Assembly: GCA_035606395.1 (NCBI GenBank)
Contig: DATNFK010000045.1
Span: 26,670-90,669 of the forward strand
Source: Terriglobales bacterium
GTDB taxonomy: Bacteria; Acidobacteriota; Terriglobia; Terriglobales; SCQP01
Length of the DNA stretch: 64,000 bases
Direction: 5' to 3'
Part shown: one piece after another, positions 27,667 to 35,331 of the stretch
Numbering within the stretch: the first letter of the stretch is position 1
Layout of the letters: every line of letters begins with the position of its first letter
The notes under the pieces: generated by a model
What the model saw: only the letters and a program-made list of their open reading frames with translations
What the model was told of the DNA's origin: nothing
Databases searched by the model: none
Program-made: the position numbers and the translations under genes

Positions 27667-29033
27667 TAGCAGCGCACAATGTGGTCGCCCACCAGGCCGC
27701 GCGTCGCGTTGCGGGTATCCACCAGCAACTTCGCATGCCGCGCAATCGCGGCGTAGTCGAGGCTGCTGTGATCGGTGACGATCACCACGGCGTCGTAGGC
27801 GGCCGCATCCGCGGGCTGGAAGGGCGCGCTCTGCCGGGCCGCGTAGTTGTGGCGGCCGGGCGCCACGCGGGGGCAGTAGGGGTCGTGGTAGGCAATCGCC
27901 GCGCCCTGGCTTTCGAGCAGTTCCATGATCTTCAGCGCGGGGGATTCGCGCAAATCGTCTATGTCCTTCTTGTAGGCCACGCCCAGAATCAGCAGGCGCG
28001 AGCCGCGAACGGCCTTGCTCTGGCGATTGAGACCGGCACCCACCGCCTCGACAATGCGATAGGGCATCTCGGTGTTGATCTCGCCCGCGAGCTGGATGAA
28101 GCGGGTGGCGAAGTCGTACTCGCGCGCCTTCCACGACAGGTAATAGGGGTCGATCGGAATGCAGTGGCCGCCAAGTCCGGGGCCGGGATAGAAGGCCTGA
28201 AAGCCGAACGGCTTGGTGGCGGCGGCTTCGATCACCTCGAAGATATCAATGCCGATGCGCAGGCAGAGCTGTTTCAACTCGTTGACCAGCGCGATGTTCA
28301 CGCAACGGTAGGTGTTCTCGAGGATCTTCGCCATCTCCGCCACCCGCGCCGAGGCCACCGGAATCGCCTGTTCAAACGCGGCCGCGTACAGGGCGTGGGC
28401 CAACTGCGTGGATTCGGCGTCAAGCCCGCCGACCAGCTTGGGGATGGTGCTGGTGGTGAAGTCGCGATTGCCGGGGTCTTCGCGTTCGGGCGAGTACGCG
28501 AGGAAGAACCGTTCCGTCTGGCGACCGGACGACGCCGTCCCCGCGCCGGCGGCAGCGGCCATCGCCTGGGCGGGCGCGGTGTGCGGAATACCCGCTTGCA
28601 GCAGGAGGGGCAGCAGCACCTCTTCGGTGGTTCCGGGATAGGTGCTGCTCTCCAGCACGACGAGCTGACCGGCCCGGAGGCGGCGCGCGATGTCGCGACC
28701 GGTGGCTTCGATGAAGCTGACGTCGGGATCGTGCTTCTCGGTGAGCGGGGTGGGGACGCAGATAATAATGGCGTCCATTTCGGCCAGGCGGTCGAAATCC
28801 GCCGTGGCGGAGAAGGCGCCGGACTGGACGGCGCCGGCGATGGCGGCGCCATCGATGTGTTTGATGTAGCTCTTGCCGCGCGCCAGGCTCTCGACCTTGG
28901 AGGGATCGAGATCGAATCCGGTGACCGGGAAGCCGGCCTTGTGGAAGACGAGGGAAAGCGGCAGCCCGACATAGCCGAGGCCGATGATGCCAACGCGGGC
29001 GGTGCGGTCAGAGATGGATTGTGAAGTCAACAT
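27666..29033 (-). CDS. Nucleotide-sugar 6-dehydrogenase (UDP-glucose/GDP-mannose dehydrogenase family, WbpO/TviB/WecC-like)
   Basis: NAD motif GIIGLGYVGLP, AYSPERE and the catalytic Cys region GLGGHCIPIDP. Confidence 0.9.
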   Translation of the reverse strand: MLTSQSISDRTARVGIIGLGYVGLPLSLVFHKAGFPVTGFDLDPSKVESLARGKSYIKHIDGAAIAGAVQSGAFSATADFDRLAEMDAIIICVPTPLTEKHDPDVSFIEATGRDIARRLRAGQLVVLESSTYPGTTEEVLLPLLLQAGIPHTAPAQAMAAAAGAGTASSGRQTERFFLAYSPEREDPGNRDFTTSTIPKLVGGLDAESTQLAHALYAAAFEQAIPVASARVAEMAKILENTYRCVNIALVNELKQLCLRIGIDIFEVIEAAATKPFGFQAFYPGPGLGGHCIPIDPYYLSWKAREYDFATRFIQLAGEINTEMPYRIVEAVGAGLNRQSKAVRGSRLLILGVAYKKDIDDLRESPALKIMELLESQGAAIAYHDPYCPRVAPGRHNYAARQSAPFQPADAAAYDAVVIVTDHSSLDYAAIARHAKLLVDTRNATRGLVGDHIVRC

Positions 29034-29040
29034 TGATGGT

Positions 29041-29078
29041 CGCGGGCCCGAGCGCGGCTACCGCCGCGCGTCCCGCTT
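29041..29078. repeat. GC-rich hairpin element, copy A (GCGCGGC-TACC-GCCGCGC)
   Basis: Sits between the stop at 29098 and the start at 29033. Shares a 29-nt core (2 mismatches) with copy C, and flanks (cgcgggccc ... cccgctt) with copy B. Confidence 0.6.
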
Positions 29079-29097
29079 AGGGGCGGTTACTTAATGG

Positions 29098-30282
29098 TTA
29101 CTTAATAGGGGAAACCGAAATTGCATCGAGCTGCACGTCGGCTTTGAGAGGCATGGTTCCCAAGGGGCGCTGGTAAACGACCTGCAACTGGTAGGGAGCG
29201 GGCGCAGCGGACGTGGTAAAGCTGGGCTGGGCGGAGGGGGTGCCGGAGGCATTCAAGGTGAGCATGTCTTCAGGCGCGAGGCGGGCTCCGGAGGGGAGAG
29301 CGACTACTTTCAACGCCACTCCCGCAGCGGGGTCGGCGACGGACTTGAAGGCCAGTCGGTAGGTGGTCGCCGGCTGGAGGATGAGCCAGCGGCGAGCCAG
29401 GGTGAGGGTGTCCTGCTGGTCACCCTGGAAATTGAAGTCCATGGCGCCGTTGGTGTAGGAGGCCCAGGGTCCGCAATTAGTGCAGATGTTCCAGGGCAGG
29501 GCGTCGGAGACGGAGGTGAACAGTCCGCTGGAGAGGGCGGTCGAGAGTTGGGTGGCGGCATCCGGCGCGCCGGCTTCGGCGAGGAGGTCGAGGTAGCGAA
29601 GGCCGAGGGGGCGGAGATCATTCTTCTGCCCGGAATTGAGCGGGTGGGCAAGGAGCGACTGCCACCAGGGGGTGGCGGCGGCGAGCTGGTTCTGATCGAG
29701 GAGAAACTGGATGGCTGACTGCGCGAGCCGCTCGGGCTGGGCGGGATCGACGGCTCGGGCCTGGGCGGCGCGCACGGCTTGATCGAAGACCGCGGTGTTC
29801 AATCCGGCGGCGAGCCAAATTTGTTGGAAGGCGGAGGAGATCTCGCCGCCGGGAGCGAAGGAGAGAGCCTTTTCAGCCTGCGGCCAGAATCCCGAGGTGT
29901 CGCCGGTCAGCAAGAGGAGATTGGCGTAGCGCCAGTTGGGCTCGTAGCCCACAACGCGTTGGCTCATTTGCGCCATGCTGGAACGGGCGGCGGCGAGGTC
30001 GCCGGTTTCGACTTGCACCTGGGCCAGGGCAGCCCAATTATGCCAATCCTCGCGGTCATCGGCAATGGCGCGGCGGGCGGCGGAATCGGCGGCATGAGCG
30101 TCGGTGAAGATCAAGGATGCGGAGAGGAGACGCCATCCCTCGGCGTTGGCCGGCCAGATGGCGGTGGCGGCGGCAGCGTCGCCGCGCGCGATGGCGCGCT
30201 GGTAGCGCCACTGCTGCTGCGTCCAGTAGAGGGCGAGCAGAAGGAGCGGGATGAACAGAAGTTGTAAATGAGCGCGCGACAT
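29098..30282 (-). CDS. Hypothetical membrane-anchored protein (helical repeat region + beta-rich C-terminus)
   Basis: Start set to ATG 30282 (MSRAHLQLLFIPLLLLALYW, a single N-terminal TM). No family recognised. Confidence 0.6.
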   Translation of the reverse strand: MSRAHLQLLFIPLLLLALYWTQQQWRYQRAIARGDAAAATAIWPANAEGWRLLSASLIFTDAHAADSAARRAIADDREDWHNWAALAQVQVETGDLAAARSSMAQMSQRVVGYEPNWRYANLLLLTGDTSGFWPQAEKALSFAPGGEISSAFQQIWLAAGLNTAVFDQAVRAAQARAVDPAQPERLAQSAIQFLLDQNQLAAATPWWQSLLAHPLNSGQKNDLRPLGLRYLDLLAEAGAPDAATQLSTALSSGLFTSVSDALPWNICTNCGPWASYTNGAMDFNFQGDQQDTLTLARRWLILQPATTYRLAFKSVADPAAGVALKVVALPSGARLAPEDMLTLNASGTPSAQPSFTTSAAPAPYQLQVVYQRPLGTMPLKADVQLDAISVSPIK

Positions 30283-30290
30283 TTGATTGG

Positions 30291-30326
30291 CGCGGGCCCC
30301 GCCCGGCTTACGCCGGGCACCCGCTT
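30291..30326. repeat. GC-rich hairpin element, copy B (GCCCGGC-TTAC-GCCGGGC)
   Basis: Same flanks as copy A. The stem differs by one compensatory base-pair change. Lies 9 nt upstream of the ATG at 30282. Confidence 0.55.
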
Positions 30327-30395
30327 GCGCGCAACGCCAGCGCGGGGGCCCCATTGCCCCACGCCGGCGCTGCGCGGGCGTTCATTGGCGTTGGC

Positions 30396-30424
30396 GCGAG
30401 CCCTAGCGCGGCTACCGCCGCGCG
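30396..30424. repeat. GC-rich hairpin element, copy C (GCGCGGC-TACC-GCCGCGC)
   Basis: 29-nt core identical to copy A except for 2 positions. Lies downstream of the stop at 30478. Confidence 0.6.
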
Positions 30425-30477
30425 CAGCTACGTGTTTGGCTGCCTGCACCGGGACTCGAATTACAAGACTTTTAGGA

Positions 30478-31125
30478 TTACGGCTGGGTGGGCGACGAGG
30501 TCGACGTCTTGGAAACGATGATCGCGGTGGTGGCGACGACGGCGGCGATGGTTACCACGGAAACGACCACGGCGATACCGACGGACGTACCGGACGCAGC
30601 GGCGACGCCGCCGCCTCCGACGCCCGCTTGCTGCTGCGGCGCGGCGGCGTCATAGCTGGCTCCGCTTCCCGCGGCAACGGTGAAGGGCTTGGCCAATCCG
30701 TTGAGCTGAACCGAGCCGGTGTAGACGCGGACGTAGGTCTTGCCGCTGGCGAGAGCCAGAACTTCGAAGTTGCTGTGGGCGGCGGGTACGACCGATACGC
30801 GGCCTTGATTGATGGTCATGGCGCCATCGACACGGACGTAACCGTGATCGAGAGTGACGGTGTCGTTCGCCATGCGCGCCAAGGTCATGTGACCGAACGA
30901 TGCGGTCGCCGCGCCGAACTGCAGCACCGCGTCGCCCTGGGCGGAAGTCTGAAGAACGTCATCGTTGTGCAAGGTGGCGCCGGAGAGGGCAACAACATGA
31001 TTGAGGGAAACCGCGTCGGCGTGCGATAAGACTGGCGCCGGCAAGGTCGCCGCGAACACCGAATAGGGGGTGATCAATGCCAAAAAGGCACTGAGAATGA
31101 CGCGGCGAGTCGGGGTCGTTTTCAT
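30478..31125 (-). CDS. Hypothetical secreted protein with C-terminal membrane anchor (FecR-like beta-rich region)
   Basis: Signal peptide from ATG 31125 (MKTTPTRRVILSAFLAL), a Gly/Ala linker and the C-terminal TM IAVVVSVVTIAAVVATTAIIV. Confidence 0.6.
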   Translation of the reverse strand: MKTTPTRRVILSAFLALITPYSVFAATLPAPVLSHADAVSLNHVVALSGATLHNDDVLQTSAQGDAVLQFGAATASFGHMTLARMANDTVTLDHGYVRVDGAMTINQGRVSVVPAAHSNFEVLALASGKTYVRVYTGSVQLNGLAKPFTVAAGSGASYDAAAPQQQAGVGGGGVAAASGTSVGIAVVVSVVTIAAVVATTAIIVSKTSTSSPTQP

Positions 31126-31357
31126 GGTGTACACACCTGTCAAACACTACTGTAGCGGGTAATGCAAGAGCTGGAACAACTATTTTTTGAGGTGAGAGGG
31201 ATAGCGAGATGGTTGCCCGGATACACGTCCCTCCTCTGAGTCCCATGGGCTCTTTCGGGGGGCGACCAAGAGTAGCGATATTAGCATGGGTGGGGCGGTA
31301 TACAATCATGCGGTTGCCTTAATAAATTGAGCTTTACTCATACTTTTGGCGGATGCA

Positions 31358-31379
31358 AACATGCTCAACACATCATGTT
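31358..31379. promoter_or_regulatory. Inverted repeat AACATG-N10-CATGTT overlapping the putative -35 box
   Basis: Read directly in the divergent intergenic region 31126..31424. Candidate operator. Confidence 0.3.
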
Positions 31380-31406
31380 GACGGGCGAATCAGGAACTGA
31401 TATTAA
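31378..31406 (+). promoter_or_regulatory. Putative sigma-70-type promoter of the LuxR-family gene
   Basis: TTGACG (31378..31383), a 17-nt spacer, then TATTAA (31401..31406), 18 nt before the ATG at 31425. Confidence 0.4.
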
Positions 31407-31424
31407 ACATGGCAAGGCTCCCCC

Positions 31425-32078
31425 ATGACGACTCCTGTAGTATCCGCTTTAGACCCGCTGATCGTGATTGAACGCCGCGCCGCGTCGGGGGCGCGCCTGG
31501 TGGAGCGTTTCCGCGAGGCGGGATTCGCGGCGCGCCTAGAGAAGTCGCTGACGGAGGCCGCCAGAGGGTCCACCGTGGTGTGGATGCTGCCGGCGAGCGA
31601 TCGCTATCGCGATTGGCTGCCGACGCTGCGCAGCCATGCGGGCCGAGTGCGTTTACTGACGGTCGGGCGGGAGTTTCGGGTGGGGCTGCAGGTCGAGCTG
31701 TTGCTGGCGGGCGCGGCCGGATATGTGGACCAGAACGACGGCTGGTCGGGGGCGATCGAGACGATGATCAAAGCCGCGCGCGCGGTGATGGCGGGCGGGA
31801 GGTGGTTCAGCAGCGAGGTGATGTCGGCCAGCATCGACGCGTTGCGCGATCCGGCGCGGAAGCCGGCGGTGGGGGCCGCGTTCGACAGCCTGAGTCCGCG
31901 CGAGTTGCAGATCGCGCGGCACGTGGCGCTGGGGGAGAGCAATAAGCAGATTGCCGCGGCGCTGAATCTGGCGGAGTGCACGGTGAAGACTCATTTGCAG
32001 AATGTGTTTGCGAAAATCAACGTCAATAACCGCGTGACGCTGGCGCTGTACGCGACGCGGAATGCGGACAGAGTTTAG
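31425..32078 (+). CDS. LuxR/GerE-family transcriptional regulator with degenerate receiver-like N-terminal domain
   Basis: HTH LSPRELQIARHVALGESNKQIAAALNLAECTVKTHLQNVF. The receiver-like region lacks the DD pocket, the phospho-Asp and the conserved Lys. Confidence 0.8.
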   Translation: MTTPVVSALDPLIVIERRAASGARLVERFREAGFAARLEKSLTEAARGSTVVWMLPASDRYRDWLPTLRSHAGRVRLLTVGREFRVGLQVELLLAGAAGYVDQNDGWSGAIETMIKAARAVMAGGRWFSSEVMSASIDALRDPARKPAVGAAFDSLSPRELQIARHVALGESNKQIAAALNLAECTVKTHLQNVFAKINVNNRVTLALYATRNADRV

Positions 32079-32657
32079 TGAGAGGGGCGCGGGCGTTTCA
32101 ACTAGCCGATGCCGCCATCGCCCGATCCAGCCGCGGTTCGGGCTGCTTTCGTACCGGAATGCAATGCCTTTCGACCGCCCAGTAGAGTAGCGCGGCGAGC
32201 GCGAGCGAGCACAGGACCATGAAGGGGATTCCGGCCACCGGCGCACTTGGGAACAAGCCTGCTTTCGTTACGCACAGCAGCGCCACCGGATGGATGAGGT
32301 AGAGCGAGTACGACATTTTTCCGATCGCGCGCAGTGCCCGGCCCAGGTTGAGATCGCAAACCGCGAGCGCGAGGATCAATATTCCACAGACAAACGGCAG
32401 AATCCATTCCTTGACGTGCAGGCCGAACAAGGTTGGATCTACAAGCCCCAGGGCGAGCGACGCTCCGCCCCAGGCCGCGATGGCGGCAGGATTGGGCGCA
32501 AGCCGGCGGACAACGGAGCGGCCGGCGCCGGCGGCGTAGATTTCCGCCAGGGCCGCGCCGAGAGCCCAAACCCACCACAACGTCAGGAAATTTTGCTGGC
32601 CAACCCGGCGCGCGCCGCCGGTCAGGCACCGACGCCGCTCCATAGCCGGCCAGCCCG

Positions 32658-32665
32658 AAAAAAAA
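32658..32665. repeat. A8/T8 homopolymer, candidate site of the second frameshift
   Basis: Minus strand reads CTC CTG TTT TTT TTC GGG. A one-T change moves the middle frame into the frame that carries the C-terminal half. Confidence 0.5.
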
Positions 32666-32941
32666 CAGGAGCGCCAGTACACCCCATTTTCCGAGGGCCG
32701 CGTTGAGTTTTAGGTAGGCCGGATAGCAACAATAAAAAGCGACCTCGATGGCGATTGTCCAGAACACCGAGTTGATGCTGAAAAACAGGGTGCGCGAGTA
32801 GACATGGAGGAAAAAGACGTGCGCGAGGAGCGCCGTCCACGTCGGGCGGCCGATAAAAAGGGTGGTCGTCCAGAGGCCCGCGCAGGCCGAAATCAGCAGC
32901 GCGGCATAGTGGGTGGGAAGGAGGCGGAGCGCACGGCGGCG

Positions 32942-32950
32942 AAAAAAAAA
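32942..32950. repeat. A9/T9 homopolymer at the first frameshift
   Basis: Minus strand reads CGC GTT TTT TTT TCG. Removing one T restores ...RVFFRRRALRLLPTHY..., a typical acyltransferase_3 motif. Confidence 0.8.
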
Positions 32951-33374
32951 CGCGCTTGTCCAACCGAAATACGGCGCCCTGCGCCAATTGCCGCGCCGCC
33001 GGCAAGTGAATGCAAAAACCGCTGAGGACAAAAAAGAGTATGACGCCCCACTGCCCCAGCCATTGGAATACCGCCCCAACGGTCCAAGGCGTGAATTCCG
33101 CAAGACCGTAGATCAGCGTCGCGTGGAAGAGCACGACCGCGAGAGCGGCAATGCCGCGCAACGCCTCGATCGAGCCCAGCCACTGGCGCGGAGCCCAGAG
33201 GGCCGTAGGCTTGACCGGTAAATCCATCGTGAATCCCTGCCAATTGAGGGTAGCGACAATGGCTTTCGCCGGTCAAGCCGGCGCGACATTAATTGGAGGA
33301 TGGCGGGTCTCCCCTACAGGCAGCGCCGGCTCGTTGTCCCCACACCGGGCCGGCGCTGCGCCACGCGAGGGCCG

Positions 33375-33908
33375 TCAGGCGACGTCGCGCCAGCGGCGGG
33401 ATTTTTTCCAGGCTTTGTTTTCGTTGTGCTGGAGTTTGCCCAATCCCTCGACGGCGGCCCAGACGCCGAGTCCGTAGGCGAGGTGGGCGCCTAAGGTGCT
33501 GGCGTGCATTTGCATGGGGTATTCGCGGGGATGGCGGGCCAGGCCCATCTTGTGGACCATCCAAAGGTCGCCGAAGGCCCAGAGGCCGGCGCCGAGCAGG
33601 AGGCCTCCGCCCCAGTCGAGCGGAATGCCGGCGGCGCGGGTGGCGCCCACAGCCAATCCCCAGCTCGTGCCGTAGCCCCAGTGGACCGCCTGACCACCGA
33701 TGGCGCGCGTGTCGCTCGAAGGTTTTTTCACTCCCGCCGATTTCAAGACGCGGCGGGCCAGCTTCTCAGGGGAGGTTTCTTCGCCCGCGCCCGCCGCCAT
33801 GGCATCGGGCGCCATCTTCTTTAACGCGGTGAAGTATGCACTCATGGCCGCGGTGCCGGCGAGTCCGCCGACCAGGCCGAGCAGAAGGTTGCTTTTAAGG
33901 GACCCCAT
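33375..33908 (-). CDS. Small integral membrane protein (DUF1440-like), function unknown
   Basis: 177-aa ORF with Gly-rich hydrophobic segments; last gene of the co-directional run. Weak family guess. Confidence 0.55.
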   Translation of the reverse strand: MGSLKSNLLLGLVGGLAGTAAMSAYFTALKKMAPDAMAAGAGEETSPEKLARRVLKSAGVKKPSSDTRAIGGQAVHWGYGTSWGLAVGATRAAGIPLDWGGGLLLGAGLWAFGDLWMVHKMGLARHPREYPMQMHASTLGAHLAYGLGVWAAVEGLGKLQHNENKAWKKSRRWRDVA

Positions 33909-33923
33909 GGCGGCGTTGGATGC

Positions 33924-34712
33924 CTAGGAATAAAGCGCTGGTTGGCGGTCGAGGAATAAGTCGTTGTGCTGACCCACTTTTTTCGAGCGCGCTCCGGCCA
34001 GGTCGAGCGTCACCGTCGCCGTTTCCTCGCGGTCGCGGGAAAGGCGCACCAGAGTTTCACCCCGCGGACTCACCGCCTGCGAGAGGCCGATGAAGGTGTG
34101 AGTCACATCACCGTTGGTTTCGGCGCCGACGCGGTCACAGGTCGCGGTGAACACGCGGTTCTCCAACGACCGCGTGATCATCGCGTCGGGGCAGTGCGGC
34201 AGCACCAGATTTGCCGGCTGCACGATCAGCTCCGCCCCTCGTAGCGCCAACGAGCGCGCCACTTCCGGAAAATACCAGTCAAAACAAACCATCACGCCGA
34301 TGCGTCCGCAGGCGAGGTCGAGCACCGGCGCGGCGGCATCGCCGGGGGAGAAGAACAGCTTCTCGCGGCCGAAGAGGTGGATCTTGCGGTAGGTCGCGAT
34401 CAATCCTTCGGGCGCGATTACATTGGCGGAGTTGTAAAAGGCATCGCCGCGGCGCTCGGCGAATCCGTAAACGATGGCCGCGTTGCGCCGGCGGGCGATG
34501 CGCGAGAGGGCGTCGAAGGTGGGGCCGGCAGCGGCGGACTCGGCGACTTGCGCGACTTCGGCCGTCGTTTGAAAGGTGTAGCCGGAGGGGAATAGTTCGG
34601 GCAGCAGGTAGAGATCGGCGGCGCCGGCCGACTCGATGAGGCGCTCGGCGCGGGCGATGTTGTCAGCCACGGCCAGCAGCGCGGGCTGCATTTGGATGAG
34701 GGCTAGTTGCAT
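33924..34712 (-). CDS. Carbon-nitrogen hydrolase (nitrilase superfamily)
   Basis: Glu/Lys/Cys triad contexts LLPELFPSGY, YRKIHLF and MVCFDWYFPE. Confidence 0.85.
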   Translation of the reverse strand: MQLALIQMQPALLAVADNIARAERLIESAGAADLYLLPELFPSGYTFQTTAEVAQVAESAAAGPTFDALSRIARRRNAAIVYGFAERRGDAFYNSANVIAPEGLIATYRKIHLFGREKLFFSPGDAAAPVLDLACGRIGVMVCFDWYFPEVARSLALRGAELIVQPANLVLPHCPDAMITRSLENRVFTATCDRVGAETNGDVTHTFIGLSQAVSPRGETLVRLSRDREETATVTLDLAGARSKKVGQHNDLFLDRQPALYS

Positions 34713-34734
34713 GCGTCGAGGCCTAATTCCAGTT

Positions 34735-35322
34735 CTACTTTTTGGGATTGGCGGGCGGGCTGCCGGCGCTCGAGGGAGGGGTGAGGCCGTTCATGCGGAG
34801 GTACTCGACCATTTGTCCGTAGTGATCGTTGGCGTGGGCCGGGAGGTCGGCGGCTTCGAGCAGGCGGGTGCCGCGGGCGCCGGGCTTGAGCGGCAGGGTG
34901 GCGTTTTCCAAGGTGATTGTGTCGAACGCCTTGTGAGCGTACGCGAAGGAATCTTTTAGGAACCGCACTATGTCGGCTTTGCTGGTGATGTTCGCCGGAC
35001 CGTTTTCCTCGTAGGGCACGGGGGGCGCCTGGTTGAGAATTTGCCCGGCGATGAGGTAGTTGGCGGCGGCGATGTGCTTGACCTCTTGCGCGAACGTGCG
35101 CACGCCGTTGAAGTTGCCGATCGCGGCTGAGGGAGCGAAATTGTACTTATCCTCGGGCATGGCTTCGGCGGCGGGCACGACGTCATGCTCGACCGAGGCG
35201 AGCTCGCGGTTGAGCTGCTGGGCAATGGTTCCGGGGGTGGCGGCGGGCTTGGCGGAAGGGGCTTGCGCCCAGGTTGCGACGGCGGCCAGAAGAACGCCAG
35301 TGAGGAGAATGGGAGTTTTCAT
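34735..35322 (-). CDS. DinB-family protein with signal peptide
   Basis: Signal peptide MKTPILLTGVLLAAVATWAQA and DinB His motifs HIAAANY and HANDHYGQMVEYLR. Confidence 0.75.
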   Translation of the reverse strand: MKTPILLTGVLLAAVATWAQAPSAKPAATPGTIAQQLNRELASVEHDVVPAAEAMPEDKYNFAPSAAIGNFNGVRTFAQEVKHIAAANYLIAGQILNQAPPVPYEENGPANITSKADIVRFLKDSFAYAHKAFDTITLENATLPLKPGARGTRLLEAADLPAHANDHYGQMVEYLRMNGLTPPSSAGSPPANPKK

Positions 35323-35331
35323 AGGGGACCT

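Larger units (their letters stand above)
32098..33227 (-). pseudogene. Acyltransferase family 3 gene disrupted by two +1 frameshifts
   Basis: Homology is split over three track ORFs in three frames (32622..33227, 32102..33103, 32098..32682). The first shift is inside a T9 run, the second at or shortly after a T8 run. Confidence 0.7.

Noticed and set aside
27667-28134. 156-codon N-terminal extension of the epimerase ORF (476-aa version)
   Set aside because: The extension is Arg/Pro/Gly-rich and lies entirely inside the dehydrogenase gene. The Rossmann motif begins right after the internal ATG at 27666, which overlaps the upstream stop (TAATG).
27681-29024. 447-aa plus-strand ORF covering the dehydrogenase gene
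   Set aside because: It is the mirror frame of a gene with unambiguous UDP-sugar dehydrogenase motifs. Its translation is G/A/R/V low complexity.
32102-33103. 333-aa ORF as an independent gene
   Set aside because: Only its middle third (FFRRRALRLLPTHY...AFYCCYP) looks like real protein. It is the central frame of the frameshifted acyltransferase_3 gene.
33293-33832. 179-aa Arg-rich plus-strand ORF
   Set aside because: It is antisense to the membrane-protein gene 33375..33908, and its extreme Arg/Pro/Gly composition is typical of a non-coding frame.
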